DNA of 64,000 nt, from IMG/VR virus record IMGVR_UViG_3300035682_000004, one strand, 5' to 3'. The stretch comes from a virus. The notes under the pieces are model-generated. The model was not told the DNA's origin. It ran no database searches and saw only the letters and a list, made by a program, of their open reading frames with translations. This document shows, in pieces, positions 38,706 to 48,792 of this stretch. A program made the translations under genes and the position numbers. The first letter of the stretch is position 1. Every line of letters begins with the position of its first letter.

Positions 38706-40052
38706 ATGAAACCAACATTAAATGAACAATTAGCTCGCATGCAAAAATTAGCGGGTATTATTAAAGAAAATCAATTAAACAAAGATCCAAAAGTAAGTTT
38801 TGGTAAATTTAAAAATGTTGAATACTATAAAGTAGATAATGAACTTTATTTAGTTGTTACTAACAGTGATAATTTTAAAGAAATAGAAAATTCTATGGAT
38901 TTTGGTGATAGAGATTATTTAAAAGATAAAGAAAAATCATTTTTAAATAATACAGTAGATAAATTAGCAGATGAAATGAGTAATTATTTAACTTCTATTG
39001 GAGTAAAAAATGAAGTAGGTGATAGTCCAATAGGATATGGTCAAGAAATTGATAATTTAATAGTTGTTATTAATCCAAATGATTTATCTAAATTAAATAA
39101 TACACAAATGAGCGAAGGTGAAGGTGCTTACGAATATGAAAAAGGTAAAGCAGCTGGTAAAAAAATTGAAAAAGAAAAGATGACTAAATCTAAACTTAAA
39201 GAGCAAATCAAAGAAATGATTTTAGCTGAATTAAATGAAGATTCTACAGAAGATGTTAATATCAATGACACTAGTAATGCTTACGATTTTAATGAATCAA
39301 AAATAGCTGAAGCAGAAGATGGTAATTACAAACTTTTAGATATAAATGATGTTGATCTTGGATCAATTGATGTAGAAGGTAATATATATGATACTGGTTA
39401 TATTTCTTCAGCTAAATTTAACAATGGTGACGAGCTTTCTCTTAACCAACGTGTAGAATTAGAAGATCTATTAGGTAAAGATGAAATAGCTAAATTAATT
39501 AACCTTAATGAAGCTAAAAAAGATAAAGAAGAAGTTGAAGATGTAACAGTAGATGATACTGAAGTAGTTGATGCTCCTGAATCAGATATGATGGCTGGTG
39601 AATCAGCTGAAGTATCAGGTATTCAAGCTAACTTACAAGCGGCATATGCTGAAGCAAAAGCATTAGGTGATGAAAAATTAATCACTCAAATTGCTAATAC
39701 AATTACTTATTTTACTAAAGCTCATATCTTAGATACAGCTCCAATTAATGAAGCTATAAATGATGATAGTGCTAATGCTATATATGATATTTTATCAAAC
39801 ATGGACAATGAAGACATAATAAATGATATGTTTACAGCAATACAGAAAAATCCAGAAATGAAATTAGAAGATTTCTTAAATCAGTATGATGCTGGAGACA
39901 ATCCAGGTGATGATAATGATGATAATTATGATGACAGTATGGATGTTTATGATGATAGTTATCCTAACATAGCTGAAGCTAAAAAAGCTAAAGGTAAATT
40001 AGATCAAATTAATGAAAATATGTTTCCAATGTTAAAAAGAATTTTAAGATAA
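38706..40052 (+). CDS. Acidic modular head polyprotein, RMQKLAGII tag
   Basis: Tag plus many (L/I)-x-E junctions; late promoter. Confidence 0.7.
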   Translation: MKPTLNEQLARMQKLAGIIKENQLNKDPKVSFGKFKNVEYYKVDNELYLVVTNSDNFKEIENSMDFGDRDYLKDKEKSFLNNTVDKLADEMSNYLTSIGVKNEVGDSPIGYGQEIDNLIVVINPNDLSKLNNTQMSEGEGAYEYEKGKAAGKKIEKEKMTKSKLKEQIKEMILAELNEDSTEDVNINDTSNAYDFNESKIAEAEDGNYKLLDINDVDLGSIDVEGNIYDTGYISSAKFNNGDELSLNQRVELEDLLGKDEIAKLINLNEAKKDKEEVEDVTVDDTEVVDAPESDMMAGESAEVSGIQANLQAAYAEAKALGDEKLITQIANTITYFTKAHILDTAPINEAINDDSANAIYDILSNMDNEDIINDMFTAIQKNPEMKLEDFLNQYDAGDNPGDDNDDNYDDSMDVYDDSYPNIAEAKKAKGKLDQINENMFPMLKRILR

Positions 40053-41428
40053 TGAAACAAAGCATCACTGAAAGACTATTAACTCCTAAGGAATTAGAAA
40101 AACGTGATCAGGTTATTAAACAACTTAAAACAAAAAAATCATCGTTAGTAAAACGTTATGGTAATATTGCTGAAAAAGTAATGTATGGACGTGCTACTAA
40201 TATAGCTAAAAAAACAGTAGAAAACATGAATAAAGATAAAGTACGTGAAATGATTAAGAAGACTCTTATGGGTCCCGTAGGTGGTGAATTCCCTGACTTA
40301 AGTGGTGATAATGAAGTGACTCGAAAAGATATTCTAATAGGCAGAGGAGTTAAATTTAAAAACGAAGACATTGATTTAGGTCATCAAGATGATGAACCAG
40401 ATATGTTAAAAGCATCTGTTTATCGTATAGCACAATACGCTGCTGGTTTATATAAAATGCTAGACAAGTATGATCAAATGGATCAAGAAGTTGATTTTCC
40501 TGATTGGTGGCAAGAAAAAATTCATTTAGCTGCTGATTATATGGACAAAGCTAAACATTATTTAGAATTTGAAGAAAAACAACCAGCTTTAGATGCTATG
40601 ATTCAAGAAGAATCTAAATTTTTCGCATCAAAAGAAAATGTTAATCTTGAATTAGTACAAAAAGTAGAAGACTTTATTAGAGAAGTAGCTCAAGATTATG
40701 GTTACGGTGTTGATGATGCTTACTTTGCTATTATGCAGGTTCTTAAAGCTGGTTTAGTAAACGAAGGAGTAAATGAAGAAGAAGCAGAAGCTAAAGATGC
40801 AGTAGATACAGTTACTATGGATGTACCTTTATTTATTCGTATGTTAGAATTTGCTCGTGAAGACGCTAAAGCAGATATGGATTTACATGATGTAGCTGAA
40901 AAAGCTATTGAAATTAATAAAAGTAAAGAAACATTATCAATGCAGGATTACGAAGATATTATCCCAGTAATGGATGAACCAATGGATGAGGCTACTGATG
41001 CACAAGAAGAATATAGAGTTAAATCATCTAAACCAACACAATTTAAACAGGATATTGCAGCAGCTAAAAAAATGATTGATGCTGGAAAATCGGAAAAAGA
41101 AGTAGTGTCAAAATATAGTCAAGCAGTTTTCAATGCTGTAAATGCACAGAACATGGATGAAGTTAAATCTTCAACAAACTCAACATTAGCTGAAAAGATA
41201 ATGGCTAAACTTAAAAAACCAATGGTTAAAGAAGAAGCCACAGAAGGTGAAAAGTGGGTAGTATGGATCAATGTAGATAAAACCGGTAAAAAATTAAGAC
41301 ATACTTTAAATTCAAAAGCTGAAGCTCAAAAAATAGGCCAACGAGTAAAAAATAATTATTATGATGATTATGATACTGAAGTAGGTATGATGAGTTTATC
41401 AGACTGGAACAAAGAAAATAAAAACTAA
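40052..41428 (+). CDS. Acidic modular head polyprotein including an EF-hand/dockerin-like loop
   Basis: PDLSGDNEVTRKDIL; WWQEKI..A.DY; MDVPLFIRMLE modules separated by xxE. Confidence 0.65.
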   Translation: MKQSITERLLTPKELEKRDQVIKQLKTKKSSLVKRYGNIAEKVMYGRATNIAKKTVENMNKDKVREMIKKTLMGPVGGEFPDLSGDNEVTRKDILIGRGVKFKNEDIDLGHQDDEPDMLKASVYRIAQYAAGLYKMLDKYDQMDQEVDFPDWWQEKIHLAADYMDKAKHYLEFEEKQPALDAMIQEESKFFASKENVNLELVQKVEDFIREVAQDYGYGVDDAYFAIMQVLKAGLVNEGVNEEEAEAKDAVDTVTMDVPLFIRMLEFAREDAKADMDLHDVAEKAIEINKSKETLSMQDYEDIIPVMDEPMDEATDAQEEYRVKSSKPTQFKQDIAAAKKMIDAGKSEKEVVSKYSQAVFNAVNAQNMDEVKSSTNSTLAEKIMAKLKKPMVKEEATEGEKWVVWINVDKTGKKLRHTLNSKAEAQKIGQRVKNNYYDDYDTEVGMMSLSDWNKENKN

Positions 41429-41907
41429 TGGTAAAAGAAGACTTTAAAAATAGAATACGCGCTATTGTAAAGCAAGTTTACAAAGCCCAATCTAAAATAG
41501 ATTTAGATGTTCCTAAAACAGATATTTCTTTAGATTTGGATAAGTTTCCTATTTTAGCTAAATTCCCTACATTACGTGATTCTATCATTCAATTATTAAC
41601 AACTCAATATAAAGATTTTGTTAGTGAGATACAATGGATAGCACCTAAACCAACAACATTTAAAATATTATTAGCAAACAATCAATTCTTTTACTTACTA
41701 TACGATGACATCACATGGATTTGTAAATCAGAAGGTAAAAAATATTGGTTAAATGATATAAAAGACGAAGGGCGGGCTACAGAGTCTATAGCTAGATTAT
41801 TATCATATGGTGCTTCAAAAGATGCAAACGCATCATTTAAAGATTCAGGTGATGAAGCAGCTACAGAACCAGGCCCAGCAGAAGCATCGGTTCCAGCAGA
41901 AGCATAA
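41428..41907 (+). CDS. Hypothetical head-associated protein
   Basis: Coupled ORF; IAPKPTTFKI. Confidence 0.6.
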   Translation: MVKEDFKNRIRAIVKQVYKAQSKIDLDVPKTDISLDLDKFPILAKFPTLRDSIIQLLTTQYKDFVSEIQWIAPKPTTFKILLANNQFFYLLYDDITWICKSEGKKYWLNDIKDEGRATESIARLLSYGASKDANASFKDSGDEAATEPGPAEASVPAEA

Positions 41908-41913
41908 TAAACT

Positions 41914-42624
41914 ATGGCTAATTTAGAAACATACGGTGATTTAAAAAAAGCTATTAGAAATATACAGCTAACCAAGAAAACAGGAAGTGTTGGCTCTAAA
42001 GCATTAGATGTAGGAATAGAAGCAGCTATAGATGCTGCTAAAACAATAATACCGGGTATAGGGACAGCAAAATCAGCAGTTGACTTTATTAGAGCATTTG
42101 TTAAAGCCCCAGATACTAAAAAAACAAAAACTTGGTTAGATAAATTACAAGTAGATGATGAAACAAGTGCTATAATTGATGATACTGTTGAAAATGGATT
42201 TATACAATTAATAACTAAAGCTATTGAATCTGAGCCAGATACAAAATCTTTAGAAGATGATTTTAATATGAATGCTAAACTAGTAGATTATCTTAAAAAT
42301 ACATACGCAGGTAGAACAATAACCGGAATACAAGAAAATATTATGAAAAAGTCAGAACTTAAAACATTAATAAAAGAACAAATTTTAGAAATCACTATTG
42401 ACAGTCCAAAACTTCAAGGTCAAATTAAAACAGATGTATGGGACGATTTAAAAATTAAAGATTTTAATCGTTCAAACTTTAATAATACTATTAGTTTAGT
42501 AAAAAATAAAAAAATGTTAAATACAGCTGCTAACACAATATTAGCGAATACTTTTATTGCTTTATTAAACGCTAATGATGAACAATTACGAAATGCATTT
42601 AATAATTTAAAACAATTTAAATAA
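41914..42624 (+). CDS. Hypothetical fusion protein with internal MKKSELKTLIKE tag
   Basis: ORF track. Confidence 0.6.
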   Translation: MANLETYGDLKKAIRNIQLTKKTGSVGSKALDVGIEAAIDAAKTIIPGIGTAKSAVDFIRAFVKAPDTKKTKTWLDKLQVDDETSAIIDDTVENGFIQLITKAIESEPDTKSLEDDFNMNAKLVDYLKNTYAGRTITGIQENIMKKSELKTLIKEQILEITIDSPKLQGQIKTDVWDDLKIKDFNRSNFNNTISLVKNKKMLNTAANTILANTFIALLNANDEQLRNAFNNLKQFK

Positions 42625-42651
42625 TAATTTAAAGCAATTTAAAACAAAATA

Positions 42652-43704
42652 ATGGATCCAATCGATAAGTTTTTAAAACAATATTCTTATAAATTTCCTA
42701 AAGGATATCCTGACATGAAGAATGAACAGGATATTTTATTAATGGAATCATTATTAAATAATTTAGGTATTAGTTTAAAAGAAGAAGAAAAAAATTATGA
42801 TGATGAAATTTTAAATCTTTTAACATCTTTATCTGATGATGAATCTAAAAAGAAAGTAGTTAATTTTTTAAATAAAATAAACAGCAAAGAAGATAAAGAA
42901 GACGAAAAGTTAGAAGAAAATATAACAAAGGAACTTAATAAAAAAAATATAACAGGCAATGTAGCAGATCAAATTATATTTTACGCTGACAAAGCAAATC
43001 AATTAGATGAATTATCAACCTATATGTCTAAACCAACAGTTAATCATTCTGATTTATTAAATAATAATAATCTTTTAAAATTATTTTCTCCAATTCCTCT
43101 TTCAGATACATTTAAAGATAAAATAATTGATATGCCTGGAGCAATAAACAATGTTACTTTTGGTAAAGGCGAATTAGCATTAATTACATTTTTAAAAGAC
43201 GCAGTAAAATATAAATCAGGCAAAGATAGTGAAGATACAAGCGGTGATATAGGTATAGATGGTCATGTATTAGAAGTAAAAAGAGGTAAATCTATTATAG
43301 CATCCGCTAATTATATTAGCAGAGCAAAAAAAGTAGATCTTTTTAAAGGAGATAAATCTAAAAAATTTATTGAAGAATATAATATTGACCTTAAACCAGG
43401 AACACCTTGGATAAAATTAGTTCAACAAACTGGAGCAGATAAAACTGAAATAGAAGATATATTAACAGAATTATATCCAGGGTTAAAAATTAACGTAGAT
43501 ATATCAACTCCTAAATCTTTAAATGATTCTATAGGATTGGCATTAGCTGAAGGTTATTTAAAAAATAAAGAGTTATTATTTATAAATGATCAAAATAATT
43601 ATATTTGTATTGAAAGTTTTAATAAATTTAAAGAAGCAATAGAAAATGGTATACTAGTATTCCAACTAGCATCAGATATTAATCCTAGATGTTATTTAGC
43701 TTAA
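42652..43704 (+). CDS. Restriction-endonuclease-like PD-(D/E)XK protein with head leader
   Basis: GKGELAL...GDI.IDG..LEVK; leader ends LKE|E. Confidence 0.6.
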   Translation: MDPIDKFLKQYSYKFPKGYPDMKNEQDILLMESLLNNLGISLKEEEKNYDDEILNLLTSLSDDESKKKVVNFLNKINSKEDKEDEKLEENITKELNKKNITGNVADQIIFYADKANQLDELSTYMSKPTVNHSDLLNNNNLLKLFSPIPLSDTFKDKIIDMPGAINNVTFGKGELALITFLKDAVKYKSGKDSEDTSGDIGIDGHVLEVKRGKSIIASANYISRAKKVDLFKGDKSKKFIEEYNIDLKPGTPWIKLVQQTGADKTEIEDILTELYPGLKINVDISTPKSLNDSIGLALAEGYLKNKELLFINDQNNYICIESFNKFKEAIENGILVFQLASDINPRCYLA

Positions 43705-43717
43705 CATATTTATAATC

Positions 43718-44365
43718 ATGAATAAATTAAAACAACTTATCTCAGAAACTTTGCAAAATTACAAAGTAACCGATTCATGCAAACACTGCAATACACCGCC
43801 TTTACTCGTAGAGTCTAAGCAGTACAATATGGCGATATCTGAGGCGATGCGTTACCATATAGACAGTAAAATACAGCTTACTGAGAATATATACCGCCCA
43901 GGCAGTTTCGCTCATCAAAAATTATTGACTGAAGCGAGAATGTTATGGTCTAAAGGTATTATTGAATTACAAGGTACAGATAAAAAAATATTTGAACGAA
44001 CAGATATTGGTAGATGGGCAAAATATGAAGGTGAATTTGTACCTTTAGATTTACCATTAATGGAAATAATAACTGAAGCTAAATACCAAGGTAAAGAAGT
44101 AGCATTAGGTAAACCAAAACGTGGTGGATCTAAAAAATTCTACGTTTATGTTAAAGACGGTGATAAAGTTAAAAAAATATCATTTGGCATGGCTGGTGGA
44201 GCTTTAAGAGCAAAACTAAACAATCCTAAAGCACGTAAAGCATTTTCAGACAGAATGAATTGCCCACAAGCTAAAGATAAAACAACAGCACGTTACTGGT
44301 CATGTAGATTACCTCGTTATGCTAACTTATTAGGATTTAAAACTACATTTACCGGTTTTTGGTAA
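43718..44365 (+). CDS. Two-module protein; C-terminal basic module (KKF.VYV..KKISFG..ARYWSC)
   Basis: ITE|AKYQGK junction; late promoter. Confidence 0.65.
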   Translation: MNKLKQLISETLQNYKVTDSCKHCNTPPLLVESKQYNMAISEAMRYHIDSKIQLTENIYRPGSFAHQKLLTEARMLWSKGIIELQGTDKKIFERTDIGRWAKYEGEFVPLDLPLMEIITEAKYQGKEVALGKPKRGGSKKFYVYVKDGDKVKKISFGMAGGALRAKLNNPKARKAFSDRMNCPQAKDKTTARYWSCRLPRYANLLGFKTTFTGFW

Positions 44366-44376
44366 TACTTACAATT

Positions 44377-44745
44377 ATGAAACTATCAGAAATTAAAAAA
44401 GCAATTAAAGAAGAATATTCATCATCAAAAAAAGTATTAGCTATTGGTGGTGTAATTGTTATCAATCCTAAAGTTGCTAAAATGAAATACATTTTATCTG
44501 ATGTTAGAGCTGTGTTAGGCGTAACTATTGTTAATAATAGAGAATATCAATCAGGTAATCCATCATCACAATATGAATATGCTTATTTAGATATTAAAAT
44601 TGATCCATCACCATTCCCTAAAGGATTAAATGATACAGCTACTATTGTAACTAAAGTAGAAAAAGATATTAAATCAATTCGTGGTGTAGTTACATTTAAA
44701 TTAAAAGAAAAAGCACGTGATGCTAAAACTTGGACTATATCATAA
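44377..44745 (+). CDS. Small ferredoxin-fold-like protein, MKLSEIKKAIKE leader
   Basis: SDVRAVLGVT..DIKSIRGV internal symmetry; start corrected. Confidence 0.55.
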   Translation: MKLSEIKKAIKEEYSSSKKVLAIGGVIVINPKVAKMKYILSDVRAVLGVTIVNNREYQSGNPSSQYEYAYLDIKIDPSPFPKGLNDTATIVTKVEKDIKSIRGVVTFKLKEKARDAKTWTIS

Positions 44746-45797
44746 TGATTAAGTTAATTAATTTATTAAAAGAAGCATTAAATAAACAAGAAATTGTTAA
44801 TATTGCTAATGAATTTATAAAATCTAACAGTTATAATAAATCTCATGATTGTAAACGTTCAACTTTTGAATTTATAAAGTGGGTAAAGAAAAATAAAGGA
44901 TTTGAACCTGACGCTTTATTATTAGCTCCACCTAAAGATATTAAAAAATTTCCAGGTAAATCAGGTGATGGTGATTCACATATATTTTCTATTGTAGATG
45001 GATTTGGCATTGATTTTACAGCTAACCAATTTCCAGGAGTATCTGAACCATTAAAAATTACACCTGAATCTCAAATATCTTCAGAATATAAAAAAATAGG
45101 TGGGTATTATACACTGTTTCCAGATTGGTTTCCTGAAGAAGCTAATGGAGGTAAATCATCTTTAAAAGCTAAATTTAATAGTTTACCACAATGGTTTCGT
45201 GATGGACTTGAAAAAGAAGGATTTAAACCAGAAATAACTGAAGGTGCTTCAGATGAAGCATGGGAGTTAGTAGGGCAAAAAGATCCTAATATATCTAAAA
45301 TAGTAAAAGATGCAGGATATAAGTATGATGAAGAATCGGTTAGTAAACTAACACCTATTATTGAAAAAACACCAATAACTAATATTTCACCGTCTCAAAT
45401 ATTAAAACTTAAAAATTTTAATCATAAACCAGGACAAGAATCTCTTATAAATGATATAGTTAACATAAGTAAGTCTAAAGATCCAAAACAAGGATATATA
45501 GATTTAATGGCTAAGAGAGATAAAAAAGATGATAATAGACAAAGAGGATACGATATTGGAAACTTATATGACCAAGTAGTAAAAGGAAATTATGAATCTC
45601 CTGTGTTAATTGAAATTAAAGGAGTATTATATGTTATTGGTGGAAGAACTAGATTATACGCTGGTTTAGCATCTAATAAAAATATAAATGTAAAAATTAT
45701 AAAGATTTCTCAATTAAAAGAAACTCCAGATCCTCAATCTGGCAAATCAGCTCCATATGGTTCAGGATATGCTCCATTTAAAAAAATAAAAAAATGA
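44745..45797 (+). CDS. Polyprotein: papain/transglutaminase-like plus ParB-like domain
   Basis: C..H..D (HDCK, SHIF, IDFTANQF); ITE| junction; P.......VIGGRTR; leader MIKLINLLKE. Confidence 0.55.
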   Translation: MIKLINLLKEALNKQEIVNIANEFIKSNSYNKSHDCKRSTFEFIKWVKKNKGFEPDALLLAPPKDIKKFPGKSGDGDSHIFSIVDGFGIDFTANQFPGVSEPLKITPESQISSEYKKIGGYYTLFPDWFPEEANGGKSSLKAKFNSLPQWFRDGLEKEGFKPEITEGASDEAWELVGQKDPNISKIVKDAGYKYDEESVSKLTPIIEKTPITNISPSQILKLKNFNHKPGQESLINDIVNISKSKDPKQGYIDLMAKRDKKDDNRQRGYDIGNLYDQVVKGNYESPVLIEIKGVLYVIGGRTRLYAGLASNKNINVKIIKISQLKETPDPQSGKSAPYGSGYAPFKKIKK

Positions 45798-46111
45798 TTA
45801 ATCTTATTCAATTATTAACTGAAGCTAAAGAAAGTTTTGAAACATTTGCTAAAAATCGTTTAGCAGGCGCTGAAAAAATCATAGCAAATGCTAAAGAAAA
45901 AGGCGGCGATGCTTTATTAACTTACACTCACTTTAATGTAAAACCATCTTACTATAAAAAAGCTATAAAAGGTAAATTTGATAAAGAAGCAGCTAAAAAA
46001 GAATTTGATGAAACCTATAAAAAAATATCATTAGATATGACTCAAAATGAATTCCAACGTGAAGTTGGTCGTTTAGAAGTATTAGGTGAATTGTTAATTA
46101 GAGAAAAATAA
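45794..46111 (+). CDS. Putative head cargo protein (MINLIQLLTE leader)
   Basis: Leader family. Confidence 0.6.
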   Translation: MINLIQLLTEAKESFETFAKNRLAGAEKIIANAKEKGGDALLTYTHFNVKPSYYKKAIKGKFDKEAAKKEFDETYKKISLDMTQNEFQREVGRLEVLGELLIREK

Positions 46112-46116
46112 ATAAA

Positions 46117-46551
46117 ATGAGTAACTTTGATTTAAGAAAGTATTTAGCTGAAGGTAAATTATATGAGGCTGCTATGGCTTGTCCTTTACCTACTCAAAAT
46201 TTAGAACTTAATACTAAAAATAGAGACTCAGCTATTAAAGCAGATTATATTAAATATGGTCCATTAAATGTTGATGAACCTGGAGACTTTTGGGATGAAT
46301 TAGCAGAACATTGGGACACAACAGTTGAAGCAGCTGAACAATCTTTATGTGGTAATTGTGCGGCTTTTGATATTTCTCCAAGAATGGAAGACTGTATGCC
46401 TGGCCCACTATCAGATGATGATGGTAGATTAGGATACTGTTGGATGCATAGTTTTAAATGTCACTCAGCTCGTACTTGTAGAACATGGGCTAAAGGAGGT
46501 CCTATAGTTAAAGATGTTATATCTTATGACTGGCAAGAACGTAAAGGATAA
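46117..46551 (+). CDS. Cys-rich metal-binding (HiPIP-like) protein, MSNFDLRKYLAE leader
   Basis: CGNC...GYC....KC....TC..W. Confidence 0.55.
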   Translation: MSNFDLRKYLAEGKLYEAAMACPLPTQNLELNTKNRDSAIKADYIKYGPLNVDEPGDFWDELAEHWDTTVEAAEQSLCGNCAAFDISPRMEDCMPGPLSDDDGRLGYCWMHSFKCHSARTCRTWAKGGPIVKDVISYDWQERKG

Positions 46552-47081
46552 TGATCAAACTTATTAATTTATTAACAGAAAGTTATTCATTCACAGGTCC
46601 TAAAAAAACAAGTGATGGTGTACGTTATAATTTTATAAATAAAAAAGGAAACAATATTTTTGTTTCTATAGATAATTCATATGAAGATTACTGGATATCT
46701 TTAGTAAATTCTAAAGCTAAACCTGAAGATATAACTAATGATAATTTAATATTAGATGTTAGTTTTGGTTTAAATAAAGGAAATCCATGGGCTCAAACGG
46801 AATCAGGAGACGGCATAGCAGTATTAAATACTGTTGCTGATATTTTAAAAAAATTTATTGCAATTGACTTTAAAGGCTATGGTGAATTTACATTAGAATG
46901 TCATCCGGCTAATGAGGCGGATGAAGAAACAAGTAGAAACAGTAAACGAGATAGAATATATCAAAATCTAGCTGAAAAAATGATGAAACAATTACCATAT
47001 GTGACTAAAGTTGAATCTTTAGGCGGCGGTTGGGGAGATGATGAATATAAATTATATATATTAATAAATAAAAATATATAA
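46551..47081 (+). CDS. Putative head cargo protein (MIKLINLLTE leader)
   Basis: Leader family. Confidence 0.6.
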   Translation: MIKLINLLTESYSFTGPKKTSDGVRYNFINKKGNNIFVSIDNSYEDYWISLVNSKAKPEDITNDNLILDVSFGLNKGNPWAQTESGDGIAVLNTVADILKKFIAIDFKGYGEFTLECHPANEADEETSRNSKRDRIYQNLAEKMMKQLPYVTKVESLGGGWGDDEYKLYILINKNI

Positions 47082-47085
47082 TTAA

Positions 47086-47346
47086 ATGAGACCATACACT
47101 GACATAGAAGTTACAGATGAATATATTATTCGTGAATTTAATGAAAATATAGACCCAATTGAACTAATGTGGCATCGTGATGATGAAGATAGAACAGTTG
47201 AAGTAATAGGTAAAACAGATTGGCAATTACAACTTGAAAACCAATTGCCAACTTCTATAAATCAGCCCATATTTATACCAAGACACGAATGGCATAGAGC
47301 CATTAAAGGAACAGGAAATTTAAAATTAAAGATATATAAAAAATGA
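47086..47346 (+). CDS. Cupin-fold protein
   Basis: WHRD..DR...IFIP..EWHR.IKG. Confidence 0.7.
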   Translation: MRPYTDIEVTDEYIIREFNENIDPIELMWHRDDEDRTVEVIGKTDWQLQLENQLPTSINQPIFIPRHEWHRAIKGTGNLKLKIYKK

Positions 47347-47612
47347 AACCAACATTAAACGAACAATTTATCCGCATGCAAAAAATAGCAGGTGTAATTA
47401 ATGAAAACCAAATTAATGAAGATGATATATTTAATAATCAATATTCAGTTAGTAATGAAGCATATGGAATGATGGATAGTTTAGTTAATGAAAATGACTA
47501 TGATAACTTTATTCAATCCGCTACTAATATAATGACTACATTAACAGATAATGATTTTGAACCAAAAGACGTATTTTACTATCTTTACACTAGATTAACA
47601 GCTGAAGTATAA
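47343..47612 (+). CDS. Putative internal head protein, RMQKIAGVI tag
   Basis: Leader matches the scaffold C-terminus. Confidence 0.65.
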   Translation: MKPTLNEQFIRMQKIAGVINENQINEDDIFNNQYSVSNEAYGMMDSLVNENDYDNFIQSATNIMTTLTDNDFEPKDVFYYLYTRLTAEV

Positions 47613-47623
47613 TAATTAAACAT

Positions 47624-48673
47624 ATGAAACAACTATTAAACGAACAATTCCTTAGAATGCAAAAATTGGCAGGAATTATTACGGAAAATCAATATAGAAA
47701 AGTATTATTAACTGAAGTAACTGACCAGATATCAGGAAAAGATGGTGTTATTATTTTAGTATCAGATTATGCTAAAAAACATATTATGGAGCATAATAAA
47801 CCAGGTATGGGTTCAGTATTTAAAACTGGTGTTACTGAGGATGAAATAATAAATATGGTTAAAGAAGTAGCTCCTAAAGTATCAGGAGACGGTGGGGCCT
47901 ATGAATTAAATAAATCAAGTATAGGATATGATCTAGTTTTACCTATGGATAAAGCTAAAGCATTAAAAGACGCTAAAGAAGATGAAGTAGAAAAACAAGA
48001 AGGTCCTAATAAAGTAAAAGTTTCTTCAATTACAACATCACAACCTTTATCTGATTTTTCATCTAATAGAATATCATTAATTATTAGAAAATCTAACCCT
48101 CAGTTCTTACCTGATGATATTAAAACAGACACTGAAATAGCTAAAAAAATTGAAGAAGGTAAATGTTACTCATTATTAACCGCGTTTCCTGGTAATCCTG
48201 ATATTCCAAAAGCATCAGAATGGAATGGAAAATTTGCAATAATTATTCCTAGTGGAATTAAAGAAAACATGGATAATTGGGGAAATGAGACAGATGATCG
48301 TGGTGGAAATGAACAAGATTATAAACCAAAACCTAGCTTAGCTGATTTTGATTATAATAAAGAAGAGTATAAAAAATACATGGAAAAATACTTCCCAGAA
48401 GAACCATTAAATGAAGGAAGGCAATATTTTCATAATGGAGCTGAAATGAATCAAATTATTAATTATGATGATAGTGATATAATAGATGATCTAGAAGCAT
48501 TAGGCCAAGGATCAATGGATGGACAAGACTTTAAACCAGGAGAAACATATGATATTGGTGGAAATGAATACAAAATAGAATCTCAAGGAGATGAATTTAA
48601 ACTTGTATTAGCGGAATCAATTAATTCAATAGTAAATAAAGCTTTAAAATCTTATCGTAAATTAAATAACTAA
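47624..48673 (+). CDS. Putative internal head polyprotein, RMQKLAGII tag; first module possibly toxin RNase-like
   Basis: KHI..H...LTAFP pattern; LTE/IKE/LNE/LAE junctions. Confidence 0.6.
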   Translation: MKQLLNEQFLRMQKLAGIITENQYRKVLLTEVTDQISGKDGVIILVSDYAKKHIMEHNKPGMGSVFKTGVTEDEIINMVKEVAPKVSGDGGAYELNKSSIGYDLVLPMDKAKALKDAKEDEVEKQEGPNKVKVSSITTSQPLSDFSSNRISLIIRKSNPQFLPDDIKTDTEIAKKIEEGKCYSLLTAFPGNPDIPKASEWNGKFAIIIPSGIKENMDNWGNETDDRGGNEQDYKPKPSLADFDYNKEEYKKYMEKYFPEEPLNEGRQYFHNGAEMNQIINYDDSDIIDDLEALGQGSMDGQDFKPGETYDIGGNEYKIESQGDEFKLVLAESINSIVNKALKSYRKLNN

Positions 48674-48679
48674 CATACA

Positions 48680-48750
48680 GACAGATTCATAGCCTGTCAA
48701 TTTTATAAAATATTATGGAGCTGTGGCCCACCCTAAAAAAGGTGGGCCAC
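48680..48750 (+). ncRNA. Candidate structured RNA: H-type pseudoknot plus 10-bp hairpin
   Basis: gacag/ctgtc, ttcatag/ttatgga, gtggcccacc/ggtgggccac. Confidence 0.45.
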
Positions 48751-48755
48751 CTTAG

Positions 48756-48787
48756 TTTGGCCTTTAGTTAAAAATTAATTATATTAA
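48756..48787 (+). promoter_or_regulatory. Host-type promoter for the metabolic cluster
   Basis: TTTG-N20-TATATTAA, ATG 5 nt downstream (near-leaderless). Confidence 0.7.
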
Positions 48788-48792
48788 AATAT

